54,811 nt of DNA from Candidatus Odinarchaeota archaeon (GTDB taxonomy: Archaea > Asgardarchaeota > Odinarchaeia > Odinarchaeales > Odinarchaeaceae), in NCBI GenBank assembly GCA_038826135.1, contig JAWBON010000001.1:1-54811 (forward strand). Reading direction: 5' to 3'. The position numbers were made by a program, and so were the translations under genes. How positions within the stretch are numbered: position 1 is the first letter of the stretch; each line of letters starts with the position of its first letter. The notes under the pieces were generated by a model. It did no database searches. It was not told the DNA's origin and saw nothing but the letters and a program-made list of their open reading frames with translations. This document shows positions 1 to 8,897 of this stretch, piece by piece.

Positions 1-386
1 TTAACACATTGAGGGTCCCCTTTACAGAAATCGCATTTAAATGAAACTTTTCTCTCAAGATTTTTCCAGGGAACTGAGATCGGGCACATAATATTGCAGC
101 TTCTGCACCCTATACACTTATTTTGATCTATGTTAACTATTCCATCCTCACCTTTACTTATAGCGTCAACAGGACACGCTGATTTACATATAGGATCCTC
201 GCAATGAGAGCAGTGTATACCTATATAGTAAAATGGTCTCTGCGGGTCAGGGTAAATCCATAAATTAGATAATTCGTAATCTAATACTTTGAAATGCTCG
301 TATGAGCAGGCTAACATACAATAAGTGCAACCGCTGCACAGCTCAGGGTCATAAAACAGAACCTTCTGCTCATCGGTTTCAGGCAT
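1..386 (-). CDS. 4Fe-4S dicluster ferredoxin-type electron-transfer subunit (DmsB/HybA/NrfC-like); C-terminus cut by window edge
   Basis: Not in the ORF track because it runs off the window. Minus-strand translation from ATG at 386-384 gives MPETDEQKVLFYDPELCSGCTYCMLACSYEHF...IHCSHCEDPICKSACPVDAI...NKCIGCRSCNIMCPISVPW...FKCDFCKGDPQCV, with several CxxCxxCxxxC(P) cluster motifs. Confidence 0.7.
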   Translation of the reverse strand, partial: MPETDEQKVLFYDPELCSGCTYCMLACSYEHFKVLDYELSNLWIYPDPQRPFYYIGIHCSHCEDPICKSACPVDAISKGEDGIVNIDQNKCIGCRSCNIMCPISVPWKNLERKVSFKCDFCKGDPQCV

Positions 387-603
387 GTTTAATCCCCAGT
401 AATTATATAGAGAATCATTAACCCGATTTATTTAAAAGTTTAACGGTAAACTTTAGAAACAGATACTCTATTAACAGCATTAAATTTTTTAATAGTTTTT
501 TAAAAAGGCTAAAAATTTAAGATTAAAACCTTTATATCCTTTGAATAAAATAGTATTAAATAATAATTAAACCTAGATATCTAGGGGAGTTTGGGGTGGT
601 GGC

Positions 604-1080
604 TTGGGTTTAATAGCGAGGCTTAAAGCATTTTTTAGACGGAGATCCTCTAAAACTCCACAAGCTAAGACTTTACCTGAAAAAACTAAGCCGGTCTCTG
701 AGATTAAAAGGGAAGCAGGAACAATAAAACCTGTTCAAATCAATAAAGATGTGAGTGTGGGAGAAGAAGTCAAGCCTGTTTCAGCCTGTGAACCTAAAGT
801 ATTAGAGGAGAAGCCGCCTCTGATTACACCGCTTAAAATTGAGCCTGAAGCTAAAAGTGAAATCCAAATATTATACGATGAATATGAGCGTCTCAGTAAG
901 GAAAAGGACAGTGTTAGACAGGAAATGGTTGAGCTTGATAAGAAACTATCTGCTGGGGAGCTTAAGCCTGCGGAGAGGGATAGGTTATTCCGGGAAAAAA
1001 TGGTTAAAGTTGTTGGGATAGCGCAGCGCATTCTTGAAATAAGAGCCCGGTGCGCTGAGCTTGGTAAACCTATTGAATAG
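604..1080 (+). CDS. hypothetical protein (basic amphipathic N-terminus, Pro/Lys/Glu-rich linker, helical C-terminus)
   Basis: 158-aa ORF with a TTG start just after a GGGGTGGTGG purine-rich stretch. N-terminus is GLIARLKAFFRRR. No family recognised. Confidence 0.4.
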   Translation: MGLIARLKAFFRRRSSKTPQAKTLPEKTKPVSEIKREAGTIKPVQINKDVSVGEEVKPVSACEPKVLEEKPPLITPLKIEPEAKSEIQILYDEYERLSKEKDSVRQEMVELDKKLSAGELKPAERDRLFREKMVKVVGIAQRILEIRARCAELGKPIE

Positions 1081-1119
1081 TGATGCGAAACCAATTTTTA
1101 TAATTAATTCTTTCCAGAT

Positions 1120-1156
1120 CCTTTCTAGTGTTTTCAACATTTTACAACTAGAAAGG
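1120..1156. terminator. perfect 10-bp inverted repeat (CCTTTCTAGT-N17-ACTAGAAAGG) between convergent genes; possible bidirectional terminator hairpin
   Basis: Arms read directly at 1120-1129 and 1147-1156. It lies between the stop of the 604..1080 ORF and the stop of argS. A T8 run follows at about 1206-1213. Confidence 0.3.
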
Positions 1157-1223
1157 CTAGATTTATTCATTTAACCGTGTTGTAAAAATTTGAATTATAG
1201 TTTATGAAATTTTTTTTAAACGG

Positions 1224-3131
1224 TTACATTTTAGGTGGAATATCTATGCCAAGTAGATCTGTTAAACCTATTTTCAAACTTTGAGCTACTGCTTTTATAA
1301 GATTTAATCTAGCACTACGTAACGCATCGTTTTCAGCTTTCAGAACAGGTAGTTTATGATAGAACATATTAAATTTATTCGCTAGTGAAAGACAGTAGTG
1401 CGGTATTAGATGATACTGGTATGTTTCCGCAGCCTCTTTTATTGTGGACGGGAATTTTGACAGTGTACGGATAAGGTCTATTTCAGTTTCATCTGTTAAC
1501 AGTGAATAGTCCGCCTCCCCTATCCTGTCAACCTTACTTAGTATACTGTTTATTCTCACTATTGTGTACTGTATATAGGGGGCGGAGTCTCCTTCAAAAT
1601 TGATCGCTTCCCTCCAATCTATTATAATCTTCTTCTCAGAACTGTATTTTGCAAGATAGAATTTGACAGCTCCTGAAGCTATGATTTCAGCTATCCTCTT
1701 TTTAACTTCAGGCTTCATCTCAGGGTTTCTCTTTTCAACTTCATCTAAGGCTAGTGTGAAAGCCTTATCTAAAACAGCGTCGGCGTGAAAACCTATCCAT
1801 GTGCCTTTCCTACCGGAGAACGCTACCTGTTCAGGCAGCCAAACCCATTGAAAAGATAGGTGATAAGAGTTAAGGTAAGCCTCCTCGTAGCCCATTATTT
1901 TAAGGGCTTGGTATACTACTTGCTGGGGTAGTGTCTGCTCGTATCCTATCACATTTATTACTTTATTAGCGTGGCCGAATCTCGGATCAGGCTGGCCTTC
2001 CTGAGAGGTCTCCATTAATACTGTACCGTTTTTCTGTGTACCGAATGTTCTAAATTTCAGATCCGCTTCAGCTAAACCGAACTTCCACATTTGAAGAGCT
2101 ATGTCTTTACCAGTGTATGTGCTGACACCGTCTGATCTAACCAGTATCTTATAGCTTTTCTTTAGAGACTGGTATGGTTCTCCAAGCGGAGACATATCTA
2201 TAACTATGCAATTAGCATCCTCCCCCTCTGTAAGTTTGAAAACATGCGGTGAACTCAACATTTTATTAAGCGCTTCCCTGAATAATCCGGATCTGACTAT
2301 ATCCTTCTCCCATATTAAAAGATCATAAAATATATTCATCCTAGCCGCTGTTTCAAGATGTCCGTGAACCGCCTGGTATACTAGTTTCTGCACTAAACTA
2401 GCGTATTCATTACCACCTTCCTCCATTTTCTTCAAGATGTGTTTAACGTTTTCCTCGATTTTAGGATTCTCCTCAGCTCTCTGAGCGGCTGCTGTGTATA
2501 TTAAACCAAGCCAGTAATCGTCTTTATAATCCGGTTTCCTTTCAACTTCGCCTCGTAGATTCTCATACCCCCACGCTAATACAGCTACTTGACGGCCTAA
2601 ATCATCCATATAATTTTGAACCTCTACATTATATCCTACTTTCCTCAGAAGACGCGCAATGACATCTCCTAAAACAGCGCATCTCATTGTACCTAGGTGA
2701 ATAGGTTTAGTGGGGTTAGCGCTAGTATGTTCTACAATAACTTTTTTACCGAAACCTATATTATTATCTCCGTAACCGTCACCCTCCTTCAAAATAGTGT
2801 CTAAGACTAGTTTCGAGAAATCAGACCAATTTATATAGAAGTTCAAGTAACCCGGTCTCGCAACCTCGACTCTGTCAATGAATTTACGCGGGTGTGCGGT
2901 GTAATCCTCTAATATTTTAGAAGCTATTTTCATAGGCGGGGTTTTTAATATTTTAGCCGTTTGAAAGGCTATTGTTGAAGATAAGTCTCCGAGTTTACTA
3001 TCCGGCGGAACCTCTAGGAACAGATTGAAATCTTTATCAGGTTTCGGCCAGTTATTATTTTTAAAAGTGTTCTCTAATAATTCTTCAACACTTTTCTTGA
3101 AAACACTCCACGGGTCGATCAATAAAACCAC
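1224..3131 (-). CDS. argS: arginine--tRNA ligase
   Basis: 635 aa. Class-I HIGH-type region SANPTKPIHLGTMRCAVLGD, ArgRS-like N-terminal domain and C-terminal anticodon-binding helices (YIQYTIVRINSIL...). Length and architecture are typical of archaeal ArgRS. Confidence 0.93.
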   Translation of the reverse strand: MVLLIDPWSVFKKSVEELLENTFKNNNWPKPDKDFNLFLEVPPDSKLGDLSSTIAFQTAKILKTPPMKIASKILEDYTAHPRKFIDRVEVARPGYLNFYINWSDFSKLVLDTILKEGDGYGDNNIGFGKKVIVEHTSANPTKPIHLGTMRCAVLGDVIARLLRKVGYNVEVQNYMDDLGRQVAVLAWGYENLRGEVERKPDYKDDYWLGLIYTAAAQRAEENPKIEENVKHILKKMEEGGNEYASLVQKLVYQAVHGHLETAARMNIFYDLLIWEKDIVRSGLFREALNKMLSSPHVFKLTEGEDANCIVIDMSPLGEPYQSLKKSYKILVRSDGVSTYTGKDIALQMWKFGLAEADLKFRTFGTQKNGTVLMETSQEGQPDPRFGHANKVINVIGYEQTLPQQVVYQALKIMGYEEAYLNSYHLSFQWVWLPEQVAFSGRKGTWIGFHADAVLDKAFTLALDEVEKRNPEMKPEVKKRIAEIIASGAVKFYLAKYSSEKKIIIDWREAINFEGDSAPYIQYTIVRINSILSKVDRIGEADYSLLTDETEIDLIRTLSKFPSTIKEAAETYQYHLIPHYCLSLANKFNMFYHKLPVLKAENDALRSARLNLIKAVAQSLKIGLTDLLGIDIPPKM

Positions 3132-3322
3132 CGTTAAAGTTCAGCTTAAACACAGCATAACTATCCTACACGTAATCCTATTTAAATAATTTATAGCCGC
3201 TTTTATGCTTGAATCATTTATCAGACCTATCTTAAAACAATTAAATTTATTTATTAATAAAATTTTTAAGGAAGAATCTACATATTCACGTTACAATTTA
3301 GTATTTATAGGAGGAGTAATAA

Positions 3323-3751
3323 ATGGTTAAAATCGACAAGTTTGAACTACCAGACGACCTATACTATAATGACGATCACATATGGGTTAAGATCGAGGGT
3401 GGAAAGGCGAGAATGGGGCTTAACGACTTCGGTCAGCATATCGCTGGAAAAATTCTTTTCGCAAGAACTAGACCTGAAGGTAAAGATGTTCAAGCTGGTA
3501 AAAGCTTTGTTTCAATCGAGACTGGTAAGTGGGTGGGGTCGTTGAAATCCCCTCTTACAGGTGTTATATTACAGGTTAACCCTGCTTTGAAGAGTAAACC
3601 GAGTTTAATCAACGAATCACCGTATAATGAGGGCTGGTTGGTTGTAATCCAACCGTCTAACTTAGAGGCTGAGCTTAAGACACTTCACCATTCACCTGAA
3701 GATGTTAAAAGCTGGATGGAGAAAGAGATCAAGGAGAAGCTTAAACAGTAA
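3323..3751 (+). CDS. gcvH: glycine-cleavage H-protein family lipoyl carrier
   Basis: 142 aa with GGAGG SD. Has HIWVKIEGGKARMGLNDFGQ, the lipoyl-lysine context SIETGKWVGSLKSPLTGVI, and NESPYNEGWLVVI. No gcvT/gcvP next to it. Confidence 0.8.
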   Translation: MVKIDKFELPDDLYYNDDHIWVKIEGGKARMGLNDFGQHIAGKILFARTRPEGKDVQAGKSFVSIETGKWVGSLKSPLTGVILQVNPALKSKPSLINESPYNEGWLVVIQPSNLEAELKTLHHSPEDVKSWMEKEIKEKLKQ

Positions 3752-3779
3752 AACTCATACAATATCCACTAATTTTTGT

Positions 3780-5114
3780 TTAGTAATCGGTTAAAAGCTT
3801 TTGACCGATAACCTTATCTTCTTTTTCCGATTCTTCAACCTGTTTTCTAGCACCTATATTTAATTTACCGTAGACTCCGTCATGACCGGGTGGGTCGAAG
3901 TAGAATTCTCCTTTTCTCACCGAGCATATGTTTAACGCTAACTGTTCGTCAATATATTTTTTAAGTGAAGAGCAGTCTAAGCTTTCATTTAAAAGCAGAT
4001 CATACTCTGACCCGTACACTTCTATAAGCCTTTTATAAACCTCTATTACCTTATTAGACCAAGGTGACGTGATATTATAAGTGTAGGCGATCACTTCCGT
4101 TAACGGGAGAAGATATTTAAACGGCTTAGCTCCCTCGCGTTTAAATCCGAGCGGTCTATCTGAAAGCTTTATAACCCTGCTTAGCACCCCTCTGGTGATC
4201 TTTCTATGACAGATAGGACAGTTTTTAAGCCGCTCTGTAACGGAGGGGTGAGCGTAGAAATCCTCTTTATTTTTATGATGGTCGGGCCGGCACCCGTCAT
4301 AATTGTATTTACCCTCCTCCGGTCGGAATTCAATAGTCATCTTCAACCGTTCGTCATTCGTTCTAAGAGCCTCTATAACCTCCTTATATGATGGTTTTTT
4401 AAGGTTAAATACTGTAGCCTCTCGCCCAAGCCTGTGAGGGTAGAAACTATGCAAATCACTGCATGAAATAATTGAGAAGTTATCAAGCCAGGATATTGAG
4501 TGAATATATGTGGGATCCGCGCTTAACCCTGTTTCCAAGCAGTGTATTTCAGAAAACCTGTCTTTATAACAGTCCTTAATATTATCATAACCGTTAAACG
4601 TGCCTAGTAAACCATACCATGGTGTGAATATATGCGCTGGTATAATTTCAATTAAATCGTCTACCTCTTTAACAATATCTATGAACTCTGGAACCTGGAG
4701 TTTCAAAGTGGGTCTAGCATCACTTTCCAAACTTCCATAGCGTGACAGCGCTTCATTTATCTGTTTAGCGACTTCAAATGTAGGGGCTAAAATAATGTGG
4801 TGGACTCTTTTACCCCCTTCACCTTCATCACCGATTACAGTGTTAACCTCCGCTTGGAGTATGAAATGAACTTTAACATTATCCTTCTTGAAAACATAGA
4901 TCTGGTTTTCCTCATCGAAGGATAATTTATCTTCAAGCTCTGAAAGCCACTTAGGATATGTGAAATCACCGGTGGCGAGTATTGAAACACCTTTCAACCA
5001 AGCGTAATATGATAGTAATTCGATATCAAGGTTTTTAGAACAGCCGCCTGAATATTTACTATGAATATGCAAGTCGGCTATGAAATCTACCATAAAAGGA
5101 TTGAAATGAAACAC
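3780..5114 (-). CDS. endonuclease Q (PHP-domain deaminated-base endonuclease)
   Basis: Same-order matches to the EndoQ family as I remember it: DLHIHSKYS, HHIILAP, PAHIFTPW, LETGLSADP, SDLHSFYPHRLGRE, and a Zn-finger-like CPICHRK. The track start is GTG at 5114; the ATG at 5093 (MVDFIADLHIHS) is the more likely start. Confidence 0.75.
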   Translation of the reverse strand: MFHFNPFMVDFIADLHIHSKYSGGCSKNLDIELLSYYAWLKGVSILATGDFTYPKWLSELEDKLSFDEENQIYVFKKDNVKVHFILQAEVNTVIGDEGEGGKRVHHIILAPTFEVAKQINEALSRYGSLESDARPTLKLQVPEFIDIVKEVDDLIEIIPAHIFTPWYGLLGTFNGYDNIKDCYKDRFSEIHCLETGLSADPTYIHSISWLDNFSIISCSDLHSFYPHRLGREATVFNLKKPSYKEVIEALRTNDERLKMTIEFRPEEGKYNYDGCRPDHHKNKEDFYAHPSVTERLKNCPICHRKITRGVLSRVIKLSDRPLGFKREGAKPFKYLLPLTEVIAYTYNITSPWSNKVIEVYKRLIEVYGSEYDLLLNESLDCSSLKKYIDEQLALNICSVRKGEFYFDPPGHDGVYGKLNIGARKQVEESEKEDKVIGQKLLTDY

Positions 5115-5149
5115 ATTATTAAAACTTTATTATAGCCGGCTTACATTTT

Positions 5150-5740
5150 TTAACATTTAACTTTACTAGTTATCTTCTGATAATGTTTAAGGACAGCCTC
5201 CCTGCATATTTGAATAAAAGCTCTTCTAACATTTTCACCTGTAACTGCAACTGTTTCATATATTATTGAGGCTGGGAAACCATACCCGGCTAGTATCTCC
5301 TTAACTTTCTCCTTTGATATAGCGTTCGGTAGATCTCTTTTATTAAGCATTACTATGAAAGGTATCTCCGTCCCAACTAAACCGTTTAAAAACTCTTTAA
5401 GCTCATCCAGGCTCCAAATGTTTTCCTCTAATTGATCGGGGGAAGAATCCCATACAAAAACCAGGCCGTCAACACCTTGTAAAATAACTTTTCGCTGGTA
5501 CTTGTGTCTTTTCTGCCCCGCCACAGTCCATATCTGGAATTTAACACCTGCAACACCCGCAGTCATCCTATCGAAGAATAGTGTTCGACCTGTTGGATCA
5601 GTTATGCTTTGAAGGTTTCCATCCACTAAATTTCCCTCGTTTGCGTGCAGCCATTTTACAGACGTGGTTTTACCGCCGAGGCTGGGACCCCAATAGACGA
5701 GTTTGAATACTAATCTTCCATCCTGATCTCGTGAAGGCAT
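5150..5740 (-). CDS. Ras-superfamily small GTPase, MglA-like
   Basis: 196 aa. P-loop GPSLGGKTT; G3 is TVAGQ, with Thr replacing the usual Asp as in MglA (TVPGQ); VILQGVDGLVFVWDSS; G4 is NKRD. No Roadblock/MglB partner next to it. Confidence 0.75.
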   Translation of the reverse strand: MPSRDQDGRLVFKLVYWGPSLGGKTTSVKWLHANEGNLVDGNLQSITDPTGRTLFFDRMTAGVAGVKFQIWTVAGQKRHKYQRKVILQGVDGLVFVWDSSPDQLEENIWSLDELKEFLNGLVGTEIPFIVMLNKRDLPNAISKEKVKEILAGYGFPASIIYETVAVTGENVRRAFIQICREAVLKHYQKITSKVKC

Positions 5741-5940
5741 TCATTATCACTTTGTAATAGTTTTTTGTATCATTATTATAAAAAATTATATTAAATTTTT
5801 CATTTAAAAACCTAATTTCAATAAAATAAACGTTTTCTAGACTTTGAATTAAAAATACCGTGTCTAACCATAGAAAGTTTTTTAAATACCTAGTTATCTA
5901 TTTGCTTTTTGTTAAATCAAGGATGAGTGGAGTGTAAAAT

Positions 5941-6198
5941 ATGTTAGATTTCATATTACACTTTACGATGATCGCGGCTATGATAATATTCGCCGTAATC
6001 GCTATCGAGCATAAAAATCTTATTTACTGCGCTGTTTCACTTGCCGCTATGAGTGTCTTCCTAGGCATAATATATTTTATTTTAAACGCGCCGTATGTGG
6101 CGGTCTTCCAGCTGGTTATATACGCTGGGGCTGTTACAGTTCTATTTCTAGCAGCTATAAGTCTTGTAACTAAGGCGAAGGGGGATGAAAAGGATTGA
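5941..6198 (+). CDS. nuoJ: complex I (NADH:quinone oxidoreductase-type) subunit J, N-terminal part
   Basis: 85 aa, 3 TM. VFQLVIYAGAVTVLFLAAISL matches the conserved NuoJ TM3 motif (QvlVYvGAimVLFLF). Confidence 0.75.
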   Translation: MLDFILHFTMIAAMIIFAVIAIEHKNLIYCAVSLAAMSVFLGIIYFILNAPYVAVFQLVIYAGAVTVLFLAAISLVTKAKGDEKD

Positions 6199-6500
6199 AA
6201 CCATATGATATTGCTTTAAAAGGAGTAGCCGCCGCATTATCAATAATTTTTCTCCTATTTATTTTAATTCAGCTACCGACCATTATTCCATTCCAGTATT
6301 CACCCACAGGAACCTCTTTTGTAATAACTCCTTCAGACAGTCTTCTAGAGTCGATAAGCAATATTTTATGGAATCAAAGAGTGGTTGAAACATTCGGTCA
6401 AGTGATAGTTCTATTCGTAGCAGCAGCTGGAGCGGCTGCATTATTCAGATTAGAGAAACCGTCCTCTATTGAATCAGAGGCTGAGGAGGAGACGCAATAA
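6195..6500 (+). CDS. complex I subunit J, C-terminal part (MbhE-like split product)
   Basis: 101 aa. TTG start overlaps the upstream TGA (TTGA). The C-terminal helix VVETFGQVIVLFVAAAGAAALF resembles the last NuoJ helix (pFEiaSvLLLvAlvGA). Confidence 0.5.
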   Translation: MKPYDIALKGVAAALSIIFLLFILIQLPTIIPFQYSPTGTSFVITPSDSLLESISNILWNQRVVETFGQVIVLFVAAAGAAALFRLEKPSSIESEAEEETQ

Positions 6501-6820
6501 TGCTTCCGTTAAATTTGCTATGGTGGTATTTAGGCGCTGCAGCAGCCCTGTACATTATAGGGCTTTACGCTCTCGTTTCAACGAGAAATATGATTAAGAC
6601 AGTTATCGCGATAGAGATACTGATAGATGGGGCTCATCTTAACTTTATAGCGTTCGCTGCAACTCCGACAGGGGGAGTTGATCCTATAGCTCACAGCATA
6701 GTGATAACAAGTATAATAATAGGCGGCTGTATAGCAGCTATCGCTCTCTCACTAGCTATAAACGCATACAAGCATTACGGAACTATAGACGTCAAGAAAC
6801 TGAGGAGATTAAGGGAGTAA
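6500..6820 (+). CDS. nuoK: complex I subunit K
   Basis: 106 aa, 3 TM. TRNMIKTVIAIEILIDGAHLNFIAFA matches the NuoK/MnhC signature. The ATG overlaps the upstream TAA (TAATG). Confidence 0.85.
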   Translation: MLPLNLLWWYLGAAAALYIIGLYALVSTRNMIKTVIAIEILIDGAHLNFIAFAATPTGGVDPIAHSIVITSIIIGGCIAAIALSLAINAYKHYGTIDVKKLRRLRE

Positions 6821-6835
6821 ATAGGAGGGTATGGA

Positions 6836-8890
6836 ATGTTACCGTTCGCACCATGGTTATGGGTTATACCAATGATCGGGGCGGTTTTAATCCCGATTGT
6901 CAACAGGATAAGTGGAGCTGCCCGAGACTATTTCGCCATCGCAGTCGGTGGGTTAACTATGATTTTCGCCATCTCCATAATCCCGGATATCGTAAACGGT
7001 TATGACTGGCTTACAGGCGTTGCTTTAACAGACTTCCCAACCACAGGCGCCCACGGAGACTGGGTTATCCCTTGGATCTCAGGCTTCTTAAATATGGGTG
7101 TTTTAGTAGACCCGTTATCTGTTTTCATGGCTAACATCGCATCCGGGATAGGCTTCCTCATACTAGTCTACTCTCTAGGATACATGCATCATGAAACCGA
7201 TAAGATGAGATACTGGTTTTTCATGCTCTTCTTCATAGGTGGTATGGATCTCCTTGTATTAGCTGATAATCTTTTAATGACGTTCATAGGTTGGGAGATT
7301 GTAGGCTTATGCAGCTATGCGTTAATAGGATTCTGGCATAAGAAAACAGGGCCAAGCCCTGATCCCCGCTATAAGAATGAAGGCGAGTATAATGCAGCCT
7401 GCGGTATGAAAGCATTCATAACCACCAGGGTGGGGGATGTAGCGTTACTGATAGGTATAATCATAATATTCACGTTCGCCGGCACATTCAATTATTTAGA
7501 GCTGGCGGAAGGTGGTTTCGGCTGGGTTGTAGCATTAGCTAATGGGGGTCTATTACTCCCAGCCTTAATACTATTATTCGGCGGCCCTGTAGGGAAATCC
7601 GCTCAATTTCCATTGCATGTTTGGCTTCCTGAAGCTATGGCGGGTCCAACTACAGTCAGCGCTTTAATTCACGCAGCTGCCATGGTTAAAGCCGGGGTTT
7701 ATTTAGTGGCTAGAGTTCTACCAATAGTTCATGAAGCATACGTTGTTTTAGGATACACGGAGATTGTAACCTTCTTCCAGATCGTCTCATGGGTTGGAAT
7801 AGGGACGGCTTTCCTGGCGGCTACAATAGGTATTGTTAAAAAAGAGATAAAGCAGGTGCTAGCGTATTCTACAATAAGCCAGCTCGGATACATGTTCGCA
7901 GCTTTAGGTGTAGCTGGAACTGTGATCGAATCCGCGGCAGGTTACATAGCTGGTACATTCCATCTTGTAGCTCACGCTATATTTAAAGCACTACTCTTCT
8001 TAGCAGCTGGTAGCGTGTTGCACTCAACAAACACTAAGAGCATGTTCGAAATGGGTGGGATACGGAAGGATATGCCTTGGACGTACCGGACTATGCTAGT
8101 TGGAGTACTCTCCTTATCCGGGATACCTTTCATATTCGCTGGCGGTTGGAGTAAGGAAGCGATTTTAACAGCTGCTCTTCAAGCCGGTAACACGCTTTTA
8201 TTCGCTATAGCGGCTATAACAGCTGCTATAACAGTCTTTTACAGTTTCAGAATGCTCGGCATAACATTCTTCGGCAGTAAAAGCAGCTATTTACAGGAAA
8301 TGGAGAAGAAAGGTCATCACGTTCACGAATCCCCTAAAGTTATGATTATACCGTTAATAATACTAGCCGCGGGCACGGTGATAATAGGTATACTTTCAAT
8401 ACCGGACTTTTTCGGAGTTCCAGGATGGGAGGGAGCGTTCACCATATTCTTCGAGGAGTTGATAGGTCATCATACAACTACAGGTATACCGGCCACTAAC
8501 CCGCTTGTTCTTACCGCTCTCGGCACAAGTATCGCTATGATACTTATCGGATTCATTCCAGCATACTTACTATACATTAGAAGGGATGGGAAACAGGATA
8601 CACCCACATTTAAACCGATCTACACGTTTCTTATGAACAGATGGTATATTAACGCATTCTACTACGCGTTCTTCGTAGACGGCTTTATATGGGCTGCTAG
8701 AGGCGCATACAAGTACATAGAGGAGGCTGGTATAGATCGCTTCAACGATGTTCTAGTGAACGGCACTCGCGGATTCACTGAAAGATTCAGGAAGACTCAT
8801 ACAGGCATACTCAGCATTAACATGCTCGGCGTGCTTATAGGAATATTAGTTATGGCCGCGGCTGCTTTAGCCGTTCTACTGCTGATTTAG
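6836..8890 (+). CDS. nuoL: complex I subunit L (antiporter-like, with long C-terminal extension)
   Basis: 684 aa. Has GWEIVGLCSYALIGFW, KSAQFPLHVWLPEAMAGPTTVSALIHAAAMVKAGVYLVAR and SQLGYMF. Confidence 0.9.
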   Translation: MLPFAPWLWVIPMIGAVLIPIVNRISGAARDYFAIAVGGLTMIFAISIIPDIVNGYDWLTGVALTDFPTTGAHGDWVIPWISGFLNMGVLVDPLSVFMANIASGIGFLILVYSLGYMHHETDKMRYWFFMLFFIGGMDLLVLADNLLMTFIGWEIVGLCSYALIGFWHKKTGPSPDPRYKNEGEYNAACGMKAFITTRVGDVALLIGIIIIFTFAGTFNYLELAEGGFGWVVALANGGLLLPALILLFGGPVGKSAQFPLHVWLPEAMAGPTTVSALIHAAAMVKAGVYLVARVLPIVHEAYVVLGYTEIVTFFQIVSWVGIGTAFLAATIGIVKKEIKQVLAYSTISQLGYMFAALGVAGTVIESAAGYIAGTFHLVAHAIFKALLFLAAGSVLHSTNTKSMFEMGGIRKDMPWTYRTMLVGVLSLSGIPFIFAGGWSKEAILTAALQAGNTLLFAIAAITAAITVFYSFRMLGITFFGSKSSYLQEMEKKGHHVHESPKVMIIPLIILAAGTVIIGILSIPDFFGVPGWEGAFTIFFEELIGHHTTTGIPATNPLVLTALGTSIAMILIGFIPAYLLYIRRDGKQDTPTFKPIYTFLMNRWYINAFYYAFFVDGFIWAARGAYKYIEEAGIDRFNDVLVNGTRGFTERFRKTHTGILSINMLGVLIGILVMAAAALAVLLLI

Positions 8891-8897
8891 GAGGATA

